Origin: Mytilus trossulus
Taxonomy: Eukaryota
Assembly: GCF_036588685.1 (NCBI RefSeq)
Contig: NC_086376.1
Coordinates: 64,356,001 to 64,420,000, forward strand
Direction of reading: 5' to 3'
DNA: 64,000 bases
The first letter of the stretch is position 1. Every line of letters begins with the position of its first letter. Positions 13,276-27,368 of this stretch are shown piece by piece. The notes beneath the pieces were generated by a model that was not told the DNA's origin, did no database searches, and worked only from the letters and a program-made list of their open reading frames with translations. A program made the position numbers and the translations under genes.

Positions 13276-14859
13276 TTAAAATATACATATTTGATGGACT
13301 GTTTGTAATTGGTTTTTACCTGTGTCGCCAACGGTGAATCCGTGTCTATAAACCTTTCGACTCCATCCGTTTGTCCGAAAAACGTTTAGAAGAATGTTCC
13401 GTCAAACTTTTCTTTGCTACTATGAAAGGGAATGATTTTATATTTGGGTTGCTGCTTCGTAATGTTGAGTTGTAGCGTTTATAATTCAAATAACTGTTTT
13501 GCAGCTAATTTTTGGTGTTTCTAATAGTTTGGAATTTAACGAAATTGTTAAAATTTAAACATTCAGCTATGTATGGGAAAGTAGAATACTTTTGCTACGA
13601 AGTTATTGGCGGGTTTTTTATGACAATATAATGCACATGCATCAAATATAACATCATTGATTATAGTATCCATGCGAACTTCAATTTAACTCTTAGCTGG
13701 AGATGGATTACACATGTGCTAAGCATGTTCAGTTATCAAAAAACAAGAATGTCAAACATTAAAATTACAACTAGGAAGACATCGAGAACAATTTCGTAGA
13801 CTGATTCGGCCAAATAATTCTTATACAAATAAAATAATAATTTACGTGTTTTTTTTTTAGATACACAAGACATGAATCGTCATGCAATTACACGTGCATG
13901 TCTTTGTATTTTTATGTAGGTTTATATCGGGGCATTTGACCATCAACATTCTTCGGAGGTCACTTAGATGGCTAGTTATATGACGTCTCTGGTCTAACAT
14001 ACACATAACACGCACGAAATGTAAGCCCATTATAATTTGTCCAGCTGCCATTTATTTATTGTTTCATTTTGTGATTTGAATGCCAAGAACATTTTAGTAT
14101 ATCTTATTAATGAAATATAAGTTGATAGTTTGTGAGGCCACTGCAGCTATATGCGTCAGAATACTACATCTTGTTGTCACGGAATAGAAGTTCCTTCATA
14201 ATGTAAGTTCCAAATGGAAAATTTATTCTGGAATATAACTTCCACAGGAATAAATATAACAGTAGATGTTCCGAACGGAATAAATAGTATAGAATATTTG
14301 TTCCATCAGGTACAGGTATTATGACATTGTTTATAATAAAGTTTCCACTGGATCTTCTGTAAGGTGGAACAAATATACGTTGACAACTGAAGCAGGGGTA
14401 TCAATCCTGCCGAGGGAAGAACGAAATGTATTAGCGTTGATTTGCTTCATACTTGGTCACAACTCAACTTGACAATGGTGAGTTGTAATGCAACGTGTAT
14501 GCTGATCCGCCCGTCCATCTGTTTGCCAGACAAATATCTTCTTCATATTTAAATCAAACACTACTAGACAGGATAAGAAAAGCAAGCACGACAATGTATG
14601 CATTCTTATTCTATTAGAAAACTCTAGCTGAGAACATACAATTTCAGTCCCTCTTTTGTGCAAAAGTATGACGCATTGTCAATTAACTCTTGAAGACTGA
14701 TACATTTATCCCCATAGTACCAAATATATCTACTGGCTATGGAATAGAATAGTAAAAATGTAGTTAGTCATAAGAAATTGGAACTTCATAAGTTTAAAAA
14801 TACACTTAAATTAAGGTTTTCATAATACTGAAAGCATATTGCAATAACGATTTACTGAT

Positions 14860-15055
14860 GTTCTTATCTCAGGCATAGATTACCTTAGCCGTATTTGGCA
14901 CAACTTTTTGGAATTTTGGATCCTCAATGCTCTTCAACTTTGTACTTGTTTGGGTTAATAAATATTTTTTATTTGAGCGTCACTGATGAGTCTTATGTAG
15001 ACGAAACGCGCGTCTGGCGTACTAAATAATAATCCTGGTACCTTTGATAACTATT
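14860..15055 (+). ncRNA. Retrozyme fragment with intact type I hammerhead ribozyme
   Basis: Core CTGATGA 14983-14989, stem II GTCT-TATGT-AGAC, GAAA 15003-15006, minimal palindromic stem III CGCGCG, cleavage triplet GTC 15012-15014, stem I GCGTCA/TGGCGT. Confidence 0.85.
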
Positions 15056-16017
15056 TTCTGGTGGCGTTAGAAGCAAATTTGTAATATTGTATTGATAACA
15101 TTTACACGAGACGTTTCATTAAACTCATTGTCCAATATAAAGATAAGGGAGACATTGGTATACGTTTGTTGATAAGAAGCGATATCCTATAATTGACAGA
15201 ACAGAATGGGACATGTAACACTTTTTTGTCTCTTTTTTAAGGTTTGTTTACATTTAAATTAAGAGAATTAATTATAAGTCTTTATAAGAAAATTGTTCTG
15301 CCATTATAGATTTGATTGCGCAAAGGGCAATATCGCAGGGACTTGCATTCAAAACACTGTATATTGTTGTTAAAATAACATACTATCTATAATCACTTGT
15401 GGTATATAGTAATCCGCAGAAACACATTATATTTTATTGTGGGTAAATTTTTTAATTTGTACATGTGTAATGTATGTCAAGAAAATATAATAATGGTTGG
15501 GAAAACGAAATTTATCGAGATTACACTATGCGATTCTCTAATTTATTGGTGCTTCCTTAATTGTCCGTCGATCTATTCGGCTGATATATAATGCGTTGTT
15601 CGGCTGTGCTTTTTTTATGTGGTGATATATGTTCTTTTACGTATTCGTTTTTTGGGATACGATTTCTTTCAAACAATCTGTAGACTTATACCGGTGGCTC
15701 CGAGCAATGCCCTCACGTCAATCGTTTTATTCTAAACATTAAGGGATATCTCACCTTTTTATGATTGCCTTGTTTTAAAAGGTAAAAACAAACAAAGGGA
15801 TTGAACTTATTCAACTTTCCTATAATATTCTTTTCATAATCTTCATGTTTGATAATTCCCTTGACTTATATACGTGTTTTTAACAACGCGGAAAATCAGA
15901 TTTAAGCAGTATTTATATTTAGTGTTTTTATAAATTTAGAAACACGTTAGAGGGAAATCCAAGTTTTGATTAAATGTGAGAGTTCTCTGAATTCCGATAA
16001 ATCTATTTCTGTCATAT

Positions 16018-16470
16018 GGCCCGAGAACACAGTTATTTCGTAGTGCATTTCTTTTAGACTATAAACTCAAATTAAAAAAATCGCACCTGCTCTTTCTCAG
16101 AAAGATTTTTACAGTGTAGTGTACTACCAGTGAGACAAATTATATCAAAATTATAGAAACTTCTACCAGCTCTAACTCAAAATATCGACAATTCTGTGTT
16201 AAGGGGGTGTAAAATTCAGTTTGACACTTTCAGACGTGATAAAATTTGACCTTTTAGAACTGGACCAATTCACTACTTAACATAAAGATTCAGCACCAAA
16301 AATATTTTGACATGTAAATACATACCCCTACTTAATATTTCATGCATTTAATAGGAAGAACTTAATTGAGAAAGTGTATCAAATAAAACATGCAAGTTAT
16401 ACACTGTTTACACTAGGGACTATATTCGTAGACAACGAAAACCAAAGGACGATAACTGTGTCCTTGGACC
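16018..16470. mobile_element. Non-autonomous TIR element, GG..CC termini, AT/ATAT flanks (ISL2EU-like or TA-targeting MITE)
   Basis: GGCCCGAGAACACAGTTAT ... ATAACTGTGTCCTTGGACC, with ATAT immediately outside both ends. Confidence 0.7.
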
Positions 16471-17022
16471 ATATAAGAATTGAAGTGGGGTTTTTCTAAC
16501 TGTTATGAAACTGATATTTGAGATTGTACTTCCATAAAGAAATAGAGAACCATTTAGGTCGTTTAATAAACATTTAATTAATAAATATTCTTGCTCCAGG
16601 GTTTGTTTTGGAAATTATGAGCATGCGTATAGATTTCTTGACTTCAAGGGGTTTTAGATTGAATGGTTGCTCTGTATTTCCCACTCAATTAATTAATTTA
16701 TAAGTCATGGGATCTTTTCAACGTATGTCTGCTATTGAGGGTTTATTGTTGTTGTATATCTTTAAATCATCATCTTCGCTAGCCAAGGGTTACGATCCAC
16801 TCCCGCTCTCTTCACCCTTGGCGGATTGAGCCAACATTTGTGATAACAATAGGCCCAATTACATTATTATTACACTTTTATCCGGGATTGGCTTTTTTCT
16901 AACTATTTTACATATGCAGTTGAATTAGTTTTGAAAATAATATTATCCAGCTACATGCATACATGCGTCAATGAAACAACGGCAATCGTATCCCTCAGAG
17001 CAATCTGCTCTTTGATTATTCT

Positions 17023-17240
17023 GTAGTTAGCCACCACTTCGATGTTAACATGTATATCAATTATATAGTCATTATTCTAAATACTTAGGACTTTCTTATC
17101 CCAGGCAGATAACCTTAGCCGTATTTGGCGCAACTTTCATCTTTGTTTGGCTTTCTTTGCTATTTTGACAGGAGCGTTACTGGTGAGTTTTATGTAGACG
17201 AAACGCGCGTATTAAATTATAAGCCTTTTATAACTATTAG
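17023..17240 (+). repeat. Degenerate retrozyme copy
   Basis: Same family as 14860-15055 and 56427-56750; hammerhead core mutated to CTGGTGA. Confidence 0.7.
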
Positions 17241-17746
17241 CTTTTCGGAATGTTCTATTGTATTGTTAATTTGTGTGTTTCTCTGTACTGTATGTTCTGC
17301 CATACATTTGTATTGTAGTCAAGTCATGCAATGTTGTCATTTTAGTGTTATGTTCAATTTTGCCATTAAAGTGGGAGGTTTGGCTAGCCACAAAATCAGG
17401 TCCAACCCACCATTTTCTTAAAATGTCCTGTACCAAGTCAGAAACATGGCTATTGTTATCTTATAGTTCGAGTCTGTGTGTGATGCATTTTAGTGTTTCT
17501 GTTATGTCGTTGTTCTCTTTTATTTGATTTCCCTCAGTTTAAGTTTGTAACCCGGATTTGTTTTTCTCAATCGATTGACGAATTTCGGACAGTGGTACAC
17601 TACTGGTGCCTTTATTTATACATATGATGCCAATAAAAACGACAAAATCAACATCACAATTATATCATAATTTTCATTCAATATATGAATAAATCAACAA
17701 CGATTAAGTTTGACATTGTAGTACGATAGTTTGCCTTTCATTGCAG

Positions 17747-20700
17747 ATTTGTATTATGTTGTTGGTACACGTAAACGGACAACATTCTGTCAATGACGCT
17801 ATTTCGTTTAGATATCTTGCGAATGTGGTGAGTATGAGATATTTTGCAGATGTAAACCATCTATATATGATAAAGAATTAGTAATACGATGAGCTGTGAG
17901 GTCACACAATAAGTTGAATAACTCTTATATTTACTTCAATTTTATCTTATTGTATCTGGTGATGTGAAAATAAAGTTAAGCACAATCTAATTTAGCTGTT
18001 TTGGAAGCACTATTTAAGTTTGATTATTTTACGGAACACTCTGAATCAAACACCGAAAGCAAAATACCAAAAGTTTTGCAACAATAAAATTTCTACGTAA
18101 ACCTTTTGGGGTCAACTTTGTATTAATGTGCTAGTCTTGTAGCTATTGTTGATGTGTTTGGAAACACCAATATCCGCAATTTTTGCCCCAAAAGAATATT
18201 TTTAGTTCTCGAGACAAATTAACTATCTGAATTAAAGAATGCTTATGTTGACTTCTATTCAACAGAGACAGAAGCCGAAACAATGTTTGTTTGTTAAGCA
18301 CCATTAAATCATGCTAAATTACTAAAATCTTCACAATTCCAGCATTTTAGTTCAATTTTAAACGGGTTCCGTGTAAAACCAAAGTGGCCGCATTCGTGTT
18401 CATCCAAAATATTGAAATGGAAGTTGTATTCGATGATCATACATAATATATATAAAGATTGAGAATGAACACGGATGCGGCCACTTTCGTTTTTGACAAA
18501 AACCATCTGAAAAGTGTAATTTGTTTTGCATATTTGGTCGATTTTTCATATTTGAGCTTGAATCAGATCGTTTTAAATGACTATATAAGTTGTTTTTTTT
18601 TTTTTTAAATAAGTTAAAATCTTTCACATAAATTAATTGAATCATATGAAATAGACACTAAAGCGCATACGATACAGTTTTGATCCTGTATTTACAAGGT
18701 CATGAAAATGTGCATATAGGCTATTTTTTACCTGATTAAATCTGTTTGATATGTATAAAGAATATAACTTCATGTGCTACTTTTTGAGTAAAATGAGGTC
18801 GAAATTTTGTAGATTTGCTCAAAATTCAGATTTGTGGCCGTAATTTCTTTTTCGAAAGAAAGACATAACTATTTTGTTATAAAGGATAAACACAAATTGT
18901 TTTTTGTTAAATAATCGGTAATTTGTGTATTTTATAAGTATCATAAAAAAATACGCATTTTTTTATTCAGAAATATCTTATTTTTATCAAATGTTCATGA
19001 ATTGAGAAAAATACGTTATTTTTTACTGCATGTTTATCAAAATTCCAAAAAATCCTCTATTTACAGTTTTATAAAATTTGGGTCACATAATCTCCCTTCA
19101 AAATGAAAAAAAGTGCCGTTTTGAAAAATAGGGGTCCATGAACGCGTTTTCAAATTAAATCAGTTTGAATGATAAAAATCAGTCGAAAAATGCATCTTTT
19201 CCCGATATGTCACAGTTTGACGTCGCGAAAATAACATTTTACGTTAGCAACGTCACTACCTCTACTGTAACTGTATCGTATGCTCTTACGTGTTTAAAAA
19301 GTGGTCAAAATCCTCCGTCAGATGAAACTGAAATTTGAGGCCAAAATAGGTCCTTACCGGACCTACTCCTTTGATTTGCTCTTCAATAGTTGTTTTAGAT
19401 TTGGGATATTTAAGTGTTTTTTGGCCTAAAGCGTCACTGAAGAGATATCAATATCGAAATGTGAATCTGGTGCCTTAGAGTTGATATCGTTTATATTATG
19501 GTAGTCGATGATCCATTTTAATGTTAAGTTTTTTTTTAGCAATACAATAATACTCTTTGAAAAGCATTTTCACGCATAGACTAGTTTTGCTATACAATTG
19601 TAATACACTTTGTTAATTAACAATATTTTATCAGACAGTTAGATGCATTCCTAATTAAACTTCTCGTTTCAGAATTGCCTATTTTAAGTATTATGTAAAA
19701 GCGAAGGTAATATCCGGTATATTGGATACACTGTGCTAGCCAGAGCATAGAAATCTGGCTTATATGAATAACCAATAATAACCAGTCCTTACGTTTTTTC
19801 TGGTGTGTTTTTTTTACATTTTCGCGCTTGCTAAAGATAACTTGTGGTTTTTATACGACCATACATGAACTCACATTGCAGGATGTACTTTTGATAAATA
19901 TGCTTTTTTTTCAGAATCATCTGCTATGCCTTAAAATATACCATGACTGTTACATGTATAACACTACGAAACAGGATCAGATTGACATGCACGGCACACT
20001 AACAATGATGGGCGTAGAGGTAATTTATTATACTGTAGGAAAACTACATAACATAGTAGACTAATGTCATAAGTATTATTGAAACAATTCTTCTATTTGG
20101 TTTATTATAGATTTTCTTACTTTTTGCTTTAGTTCTCTTTCTGCTTTGCCGATACAGATTTAAAAATAAAATAAGCGTTGCTGGTTTTATTTTCTGCTAA
20201 ATATCTATAAGATGGGAGTTAAAAAAATGTAGAACTGTTCCAAATAACTATTTTTTTTAATAGTTTGATATATTCAGCCGTTTGAAAAATTATTTTAGAA
20301 CGAATGTTATCATCTGGGTGTCACCATTCTATCCAATCCCCTTATTTCTTATCAGATCGTCTTCGTATGTAACTATGAAGGCTTTTTGGATTTTTTTATA
20401 TACAACTTAGAGTTTGTCAAAAACCATTTGTATACAGTGTTTGATTCTACAGAGGCAGTTTCGAATTTTTAACATTTACTTATTCTAATAAGAGATCTGA
20501 TAACTATAAACGTACAAAATGTATAATATGCAGTAAGCCTTTTGAAATTTCGCCATAAAATTAGGAAAAAGTAAAATCACAAAAATACTGAACTGAACTG
20601 ATAGAAAATTCAAAATGGACAGTCCCCAATCAAATGGCAAAATCAAAAGACAAAAAAACATCAAACGAATGGATAACAACTGTCATATTTCTGACATGGT

Positions 20701-22886
20701 ACAGGCATTTTCTTATGTAGAAATTGGTGGATTGAAGCTGGTTTCATATCGCTAAACTTCTCACTGTATGACAGGCACATGCAATTACATGATAGTGATA
20801 ACGGCCATCATAACGCTGCGTGAACAAAACAGACATAACACGTTTATTTGTCAGCAGTCATCACTGTGTTACAATCTAAAAAAAAAAAACAACAAACAAA
20901 CAAATATTTAACAAAGAAGAACTTGAAACTGGCAGTTGTTTTGAATATGTGCCTAGTGGTGGTGCTTTAAAAGCAACATAACAGACCACTGTTTAATACA
21001 ATAAAAGTTCACAGTAGAATATATATTTTTTTTTTTATTCACAAATTTGTATGAAATTATGAACATTACCACATTTATATTAACAAGTCCGCATCTACGT
21101 CACGCGTTTTCACACGCTTTTTGACATATCATGTCATGTCATGACATGATTTCCCATTGTCAGAGGTTGACATGTATGGATCATAACGCTGCGTGAACAA
21201 AACAGACATAACACGTTAATTTGTCAGCAGTCATCACTGTGTTACAATCTAAAAAAAAACAAAAAAAAACAAACAAATATTTAACAAAGAAGCACAACGA
21301 TGTTGAACTTGCAAATGAGTCAACGATCTACTGGCGACTGATTAGCGAGGATGGTTAAACTATAAATTATCATACGACCTTAATTCATGAGCAATTATGA
21401 TATTCTGTAAAACAATAAACTACAAAAGGAAAAGCCATATGAACATCATAGTCATGAATATCGACTTGAATTATGCTTGGAACACTAAACGAAAATTTTG
21501 TTTCCGATTTCACCGATTGTATTTCTCATTCTGTAGACTCTTATCATAACTAAAACTAAAATGAAAACTTACTATTTATAAATCTATACACCTTATCGCT
21601 ATTTGTACGCCATTACTGGACATCACACAGGTTCCCGTAAAACTTTGACGTCATACTACAAAATATCTGACGCCACAACGGAAAAGAGATTATTGTATTG
21701 CGTCAATAGTTCAAGCGGGACATAATCTCGGGTCAGCCGTGAGAAGCGATAAGGTGTATTAGATGGGTAATAAAGATAATCAACTACCCTGCTTACTACT
21801 GTGAAAGTACTTTTATTCGTGGGGTACCAATTTTCGTGGTTTTCGTGGATGACTTTATCCACGAATTTTAGTGTCCAACGTAATAAAACAACAATTGTCC
21901 AAATCAAAACGGGGAAAGATCCCCATTGGTAGGTTTGACTACTAATATGATCTAGAGAATATATTGAATAACACCAAATCTGCGAATACTTTAATAGCAG
22001 GCACAGAACTGCAACCGCATGCAGGATTATACCCATTTAATATTTTACAACCTAAACTGCACAACTTTTGATCTTTTAATTTTCATAAAAAATATTTTTG
22101 ATCGATGAAAGTCAAGTTTCCAGTATTGATATGCTTGAATGATAAAGTGTTCATTTTATATCCTCATAGTTCTGTTACATATTGTTATTTCCTTCAATCC
22201 AGACTGTTTGTAACCTTTCGTTTCTAATGGCTTTAATTTTTAATTTTTTATTTTAGAAAACTAAAATCCACGAATTTAAAAACCCACGAACATGTAAATA
22301 GTGCTCAATCCAAGAAAATTGATACCCACGAATTAAAGTACTTTCACAGTATTTGAAATGATTGTCGAACTGCAAATATATACGTGCATGAAATACATAT
22401 GTTAGAAGCACTGGTTTTCTGATAATCGATTCATTTAATAGTAAAGGTCTTGTTTGCGATAAAAAATAATGCAAAATAATGATTATTATCACCATCCTTT
22501 TTGTGATCACTATTCCTGTACTACAATAAGGTTTTGAAAACGTTCAGTTTCCCATATAGTGATAAAGATAATCTTTCTCAGAGATGTTTATACTAAACAA
22601 GAAAATGCACAAAGGATATTCAGCAAACTAAATAAAAATTGGAAATAGTTTTTTTTATTACCTACAACAAAAAATGTAATTCATTTAAACAACTGCTGCC
22701 TCTTAGTGTGTCAATGATATTACAATTCATTTGCAGGCAAAAGTTTTGAAGATGGTCACTGAAGATCGTGCAACTCACTTCAAAACTGCATCTAAGGATC
22801 ATTACAAACATGACTTAAGGTCATTTAATGGTTATTGTCTGCATGGAAGTGCCAATCTATGGGTATATAAAAGTCCTGTGTTTTGA
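17747..22886 (+). CDS. Small secreted protein A, divergent BRICHOS-like (first exon unresolved)
   Basis: Three open phase-0 exons with canonical splice sites: 17747-17827 (ICIMLLVHVNGQHSVNDAISFRYLANV), 19915-20019 (NHLLCLKIYHDCYMYNTTKQDQIDMHGTLTMMGVE), 22737-22886 (AKVLKMVTEDRATHFKTASKDHYKHDLRSFNGYCLHGSANLWVYKSPVF*). AATAAA at 22913. Each exon aligns with the corresponding exon of the paralog at 30333-32912. The gene model is well supported; the BRICHOS label is inference. Confidence 0.85.
18340..19372. mobile_element. Kolobok-type non-autonomous element remnant hosting a nested insertion
   Basis: Ends in TCCTTACCGGACCTACTCCT. Internal inverted repeat AAAGTGGCCGCATTCGTGTTCAT / ATGAACACGGATGCGGCCACTTT. 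The left end is not resolved. Confidence 0.5.
18663..19285. mobile_element. Nested ~620 bp TIR element at a degenerate TTAA site
   Basis: GCGCATACGATACAGTT ... AACTGTATCGTATGCTC; flanks TAAA / TTAC. Confidence 0.7.
20808..21292 (+). repeat. Local direct duplication of ~110 bp
   Basis: CATAACGCTGCGTGAACAAAACAGACATAACACGTT...TTTAACAAAGAAG occurs at about 20808-20920 and 21182-21292. Confidence 0.8.
21799..22349. mobile_element. Tc1/mariner-type MITE with TA TSD
   Basis: TA|CTGTGAAAGTACTTT ... AAAGTACTTTCACAG|TA. Related elements at 48832-49031, about 39470-39627 and about 41502-41691. Confidence 0.8.
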
Positions 22887-23604
22887 TTTCTGGTGTTGAG
22901 ACAAGTTTGATAAATAAATAGTGAATTAGTATTTTTCTATGTTTTGTTTGTTTTGAAGGGGAAGCGAGTAGTTTTATATTTAAATTAAACTTTATAATGA
23001 TGCTATAAAATGTATAATATCAAAAATACGGAACTCCGTGGAAAATTCATAAAGGAAAGTCCCTATAATCCAATGCCAAAATCAAAAGCTCAAACATATC
23101 AATCAAATGAATCACAACTGTCATATTCCTGAATTGGTACATGCATTTTCTAATGTAGAAAATGGTGGATTAAACCTGGTTTTTAGCGCTTAACCTCTCA
23201 CTTGTATGACAGTCGCATCAAATTCCACTATATTGACAATGACAACAAAACATACATGATAGCTGAAATTGTCAAAAAAGGGGTACAGCAGTCATCATCG
23301 TGTCAAAATCTCAAACACCAATGGTATCGACTTGGTGATTTTTTTAAATGAAATCTGTAGCACATTTTATGATTGAACTCTTAACAGGAACGCTCACAGC
23401 AAGAAAAGTTTGACAATCAAAATTGAAAAGTGTTTCAAAATAAGCTTAAATACCACATCTTCCTATATCTATTAAATAAAAATCTTAATGCTCCTTTAAA
23501 TATTAAAAACAATAGGCAAATTTGCCTGTTGTTGAGAGTCAGGACATCAAGGGGTCAGTCTACAGGCGTACAAATTGTTGAAATGTATACAAGACCACTT
23601 TTAA

Positions 23605-25060
23605 AAGAAAAGAGGGCGAAAGATACTAGAGGAACAGTCGTACTCATAAATCGAAAATAAACTGACACCGCTTTGGCTAAAAATGAAAAAGACAAGCAGA
23701 CAAATAATAGTACACATGACACAACATAGAAAACTAAAGACTGAGCAACACTAGCTTCAAAAACTGGGGGTGATCTCAGTTGCTCTGGAAGGGTCAGCAG
23801 ATCCTGATGTGACACCCGTCGTGTTGATCATGGAATTATTAAGCCGGGGTGGTGTTCTCGAAAGTATCCTAAGATTCGTCCTAAAGCACATCTTTTAAGG
23901 ATGGATTTAGGATCAACTTAGGACACTCTTAAGTTGTTTTTCGAAGCTATCTCAGACGAATCTTATGTTAGGACGTCCTAAACATATCCTAAGTCGAAAT
24001 TTTAAATCGTTAAGGTAAGGTAATTTTTTGATAAAACATCTACAGAATTAAATGCATAAATAACAATGTAATTATATCAAAAATGTTTGTTATTTAAACT
24101 GGAAAACAATTTGTTTTGAAATGATAATTAAATTTGTAGTGTAATCGTATCGTGAAACACGAAGTTCAACGTTTAAAATCATGCAAAATATCTTTCTATA
24201 CGAGTTAATAACCGATGGTGCGTTTCATTTCATGTTCATTTTCACGTAAAATAATGAGGAAAAAGCGAAATCCAAACTTTATTACACTAGGATGCAGATA
24301 TGATGCTCTTAAGACACCTTGTTGGGTGTCATAAAGTTAGGACGAAAAATGAGATATATCATAAGTTAAGAGAGCTTCGAGAACACAAAGAGTTGTCATA
24401 AGATAGACTTAGGACACGTCCTAATCCTAAGATAGCTTCGAGAACACCACTGACGGTAAATAGTCTAATTCGTTAGGTCACATTCATGAAAAGAAAAGGG
24501 TATTGTAGTAACGACATAAGAAACATATCAGATATGATCTGTGGAACGGTAATTCTATAGCGATCAACTTGGAAATCTTGGTTTAATAGCTTTCTTGTGA
24601 GCAGCATTCCTCTATCAAGGAAATCATGATAGGAAATACAAGCGCAAGAATATCGTATCAATTGAGAGATATATACTCTGTATGCAGGCGCTATAGGAAT
24701 TTTACCACATAGAAATGAATGAATACTTTATTGCAAAAAGCATATATATTCTATAGCAACGAAAAACATATTTACAACATGACAAATGATAAACAGCAGA
24801 GATCAATACATATAAATCATTACAAGAAATTAAATAACACTAAGTAGCAATATATGATCTGATTAACCACGCAGATTTAATGTAGTCACAATTTTTTTTA
24901 ATATGTAAAACAAACTTTAATTTAAATCGATACTGTAATTTAGTAAGAGAAATAGAAAGTTCACATTAAGGAAGCTAAAATCATCTCGTTTATTGTAAAG
25001 TTTTGTTTCCAAAAGACCCTCATTATCAATTTCTAGATGTAAGTCAAGATATGAGGCAGA
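23605..25060 (-). mobile_element. Penelope-like element 3' fragment interrupted by nested insertions
   Basis: Colinear with 61429-62100. The minus-strand ORF 24473-24661 (IRYSCACISYHDFLDRGMLLTRKLLNQ) is PLE C-terminal coding sequence. It is interrupted at 23846-24452 and about 24715-24950. Confidence 0.75.
23846..24452. mobile_element. MITE nested in Penelope-like fragment
   Basis: TIR GTGGTGTTCTCGAA ... TTCGAGAACACCAC, with subterminal TTAGGA/TCCTAA repeats. Host sequence resumes after the element. Confidence 0.75.
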
Positions 25061-26739
25061 CTGTAAATTAGCTCAAATGAGATTACAAATACCAAAACCG
25101 ACATCAACTAATACATAACGAACACCAATTTACACTATCAAGATCTACTCTGTTCATTAATCTGTAAATTGTTTTAGAAATGCAAATATAACGTTCATTA
25201 ATATCTTAGACATTTTATGAGCTAAGAGAACAACACAATCAAGGACAGGAAATATTCTCATAGACTGGAAATGATTGGTATTTTGGTTGCATGTAACTTT
25301 GCCTCTCTTACTGCTGATTCATTTCTCATTTGCTCATATCTCCACTGTTTCATATAAACATGTTTTGCTGACTATGCAGCATGGTTCTTTTCATAGTTGA
25401 AGGTCGTACGGTGATTTGTGGCTTTTGGTCTCTTGATACATATATATTAGTATGTATTCATTATAATCTTACCTCCTATACATTTCTAGGAATATGATTG
25501 GTTAAAAGCGACCTCGTGGAGACCGTGTATATTCAATATAAGGTTAGTAGAGAGGCGGGGATTATTTCATACACGGTTAGTTGTGATTTACAACTTGAGC
25601 CCTGTTTGATTTATTTAAAACTATTAAAGTTCTGTTTAATATTGTTGATGTCAAGGTTGTTGATAATAAATCTTTATCGTTTACATTAGTTGTTTAGTGC
25701 AGACTAATTAAAGAAGCTTCAAGGTTCTTAAAATTTAACACTTGAACACTTCAATACAGAAATAAGAAGATGTGTATGCTAGCAAATAAAGACAACTTTA
25801 GTCTAAATTCAACAAATGAAGATAATCAGTAAGATAAATTTGTTACATAGTGTGTAAGTGATCTAATATGATATATACAGGGTAAGTAAATTCCATATAA
25901 GGTTCGAGCTTCGCTAACATATACTTTAAAAACAACTAGTTTGTATTGTGACGGCTTGTATGTTCAGTTACTGTTTCGAAGTTTGTGTAGTAAGGCTAAT
26001 GGCATTATCTGGAAAATTGATGGTATATCTAAGAGATAATGAATGTCGTATATGTCAAAATGAAAGATATAAGACATTCAATTCTTTTGTCAACGGTTTG
26101 TAAATCCAATCTAGTTATAGAACAATATACGAATTCTTCATATTATGTAACTTACTTTAAGTTAGATAATACTTAATATAGGAATCGACAAGTTCTATAT
26201 GTTTTTAATGATAAACATGCGCTTGTAATCATGATTTAAAAATAAGTGTAATACTGTTAAAAGATTTATTTCTTTAATCATACTATTTTTGGGGGTTGTT
26301 TTTGTTTTGCTTGGCAATCCAAGAGTTGAAACATTTGTTTCGTTAACGAGGACCCCAACTCATTTCCTATATGTGAATAGATATTGTAAAGTTGATATTT
26401 TGATATAAGAAAACTTGAATTATTCGAATCCCATGATAGATGACAATGCAATCTATGGTTATATTCTACAAAAAAAATGTAGTAAAAGTTTCCTTGAAAT
26501 GCAGTTAGTGCTTTGAAGAAAATGTTTGTTTCTCGTTTAAAATGTGTCTACTACTACTAAAATAGAGATTAGTAGGGGTGTTGGTTATTTATAATACAAG
26601 ATATACATGAAAGATGTACCGATACGTATAAAATACTCTTGATTAGACATATTTGACTTTTCCAAATATGCAAATGCTAGAAGGGTCTGACATGTTCTTG
26701 TACATTGTATATGCATTAATACAATTATACCGCGGTTCG

Positions 26740-26885
26740 TAAATAAACTCATCATAGATACCAAATTTTGTATATACGACAGCACGGGTTTCGTCTACAA
26801 AAGACTCATCAGTGACACTCGAATCCAAAAGAGTTTAAAAGGCCAAATAAAGTACGAAGTTGAAGAGTATTAAGGACCAAAATGT
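26740..26885 (-). repeat. Retrozyme fragment with damaged hammerhead
   Basis: Minus strand reads CTGATGA-GTCTTTTGTAGAC-GAAA, but stem III and the cleavage triplet are altered. Confidence 0.7.
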
Positions 26886-27368
26886 TTTACACTTTGTCAT
26901 GTCTTTTTTAAAGCTTGTTATGAGGTATGGGTTTTGCTCATGAAAACCGCACAGTGATCTATAGCTAACCTCCAAGTGAATTATTTTGTCTCGGTGGATA
27001 TATCTAATGGGTAATCATGCCATATGTTCTTATTAACTTACCTGTTTTGCGCAAAAGTCAATGTTTTGCTGATGGAAATTAAAAGTAAAATAAGAAAATA
27101 CCGATTCCCAGGATAATTCATAAACAAATGGCAAAATCAAAAATCCACAAGCGAATGGATATCAGCCTGTCATACATCTGATTTGATACAAGCTTCTACA
27201 ATATATAAAGAATGGAAGATAAACTCTGGTGTTAAGGCATGATAAACCTCTTACAATTCCCGACTTTCGATATACAGAGTTATCGGTCGTTATCGGAGTT
27301 GTCTTTCTTGCGTGAAGGTGACGACACTTCCTTCTCTTCCGTAACGAGTGTAAACAATCAGTAAACTA

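Noticed and set aside
13857-14051. 64-aa minus-strand ORF MAAGQIIMG...
   Set aside because: No recognisable motif or splice partners; compatible with chance.
23555-23815. Hydrophobic ORFs such as 3574-3816, 23555-23815 and 61353-61544
   Set aside because: They are translations of the Penelope-like terminal repeat, not membrane-protein genes.
25258-25347. Minus-strand 29-codon open stretch WRYEQMRNESAVREAKLHATKIPIISSL
   Set aside because: Weak acceptor, no upstream exons or homology recognised.
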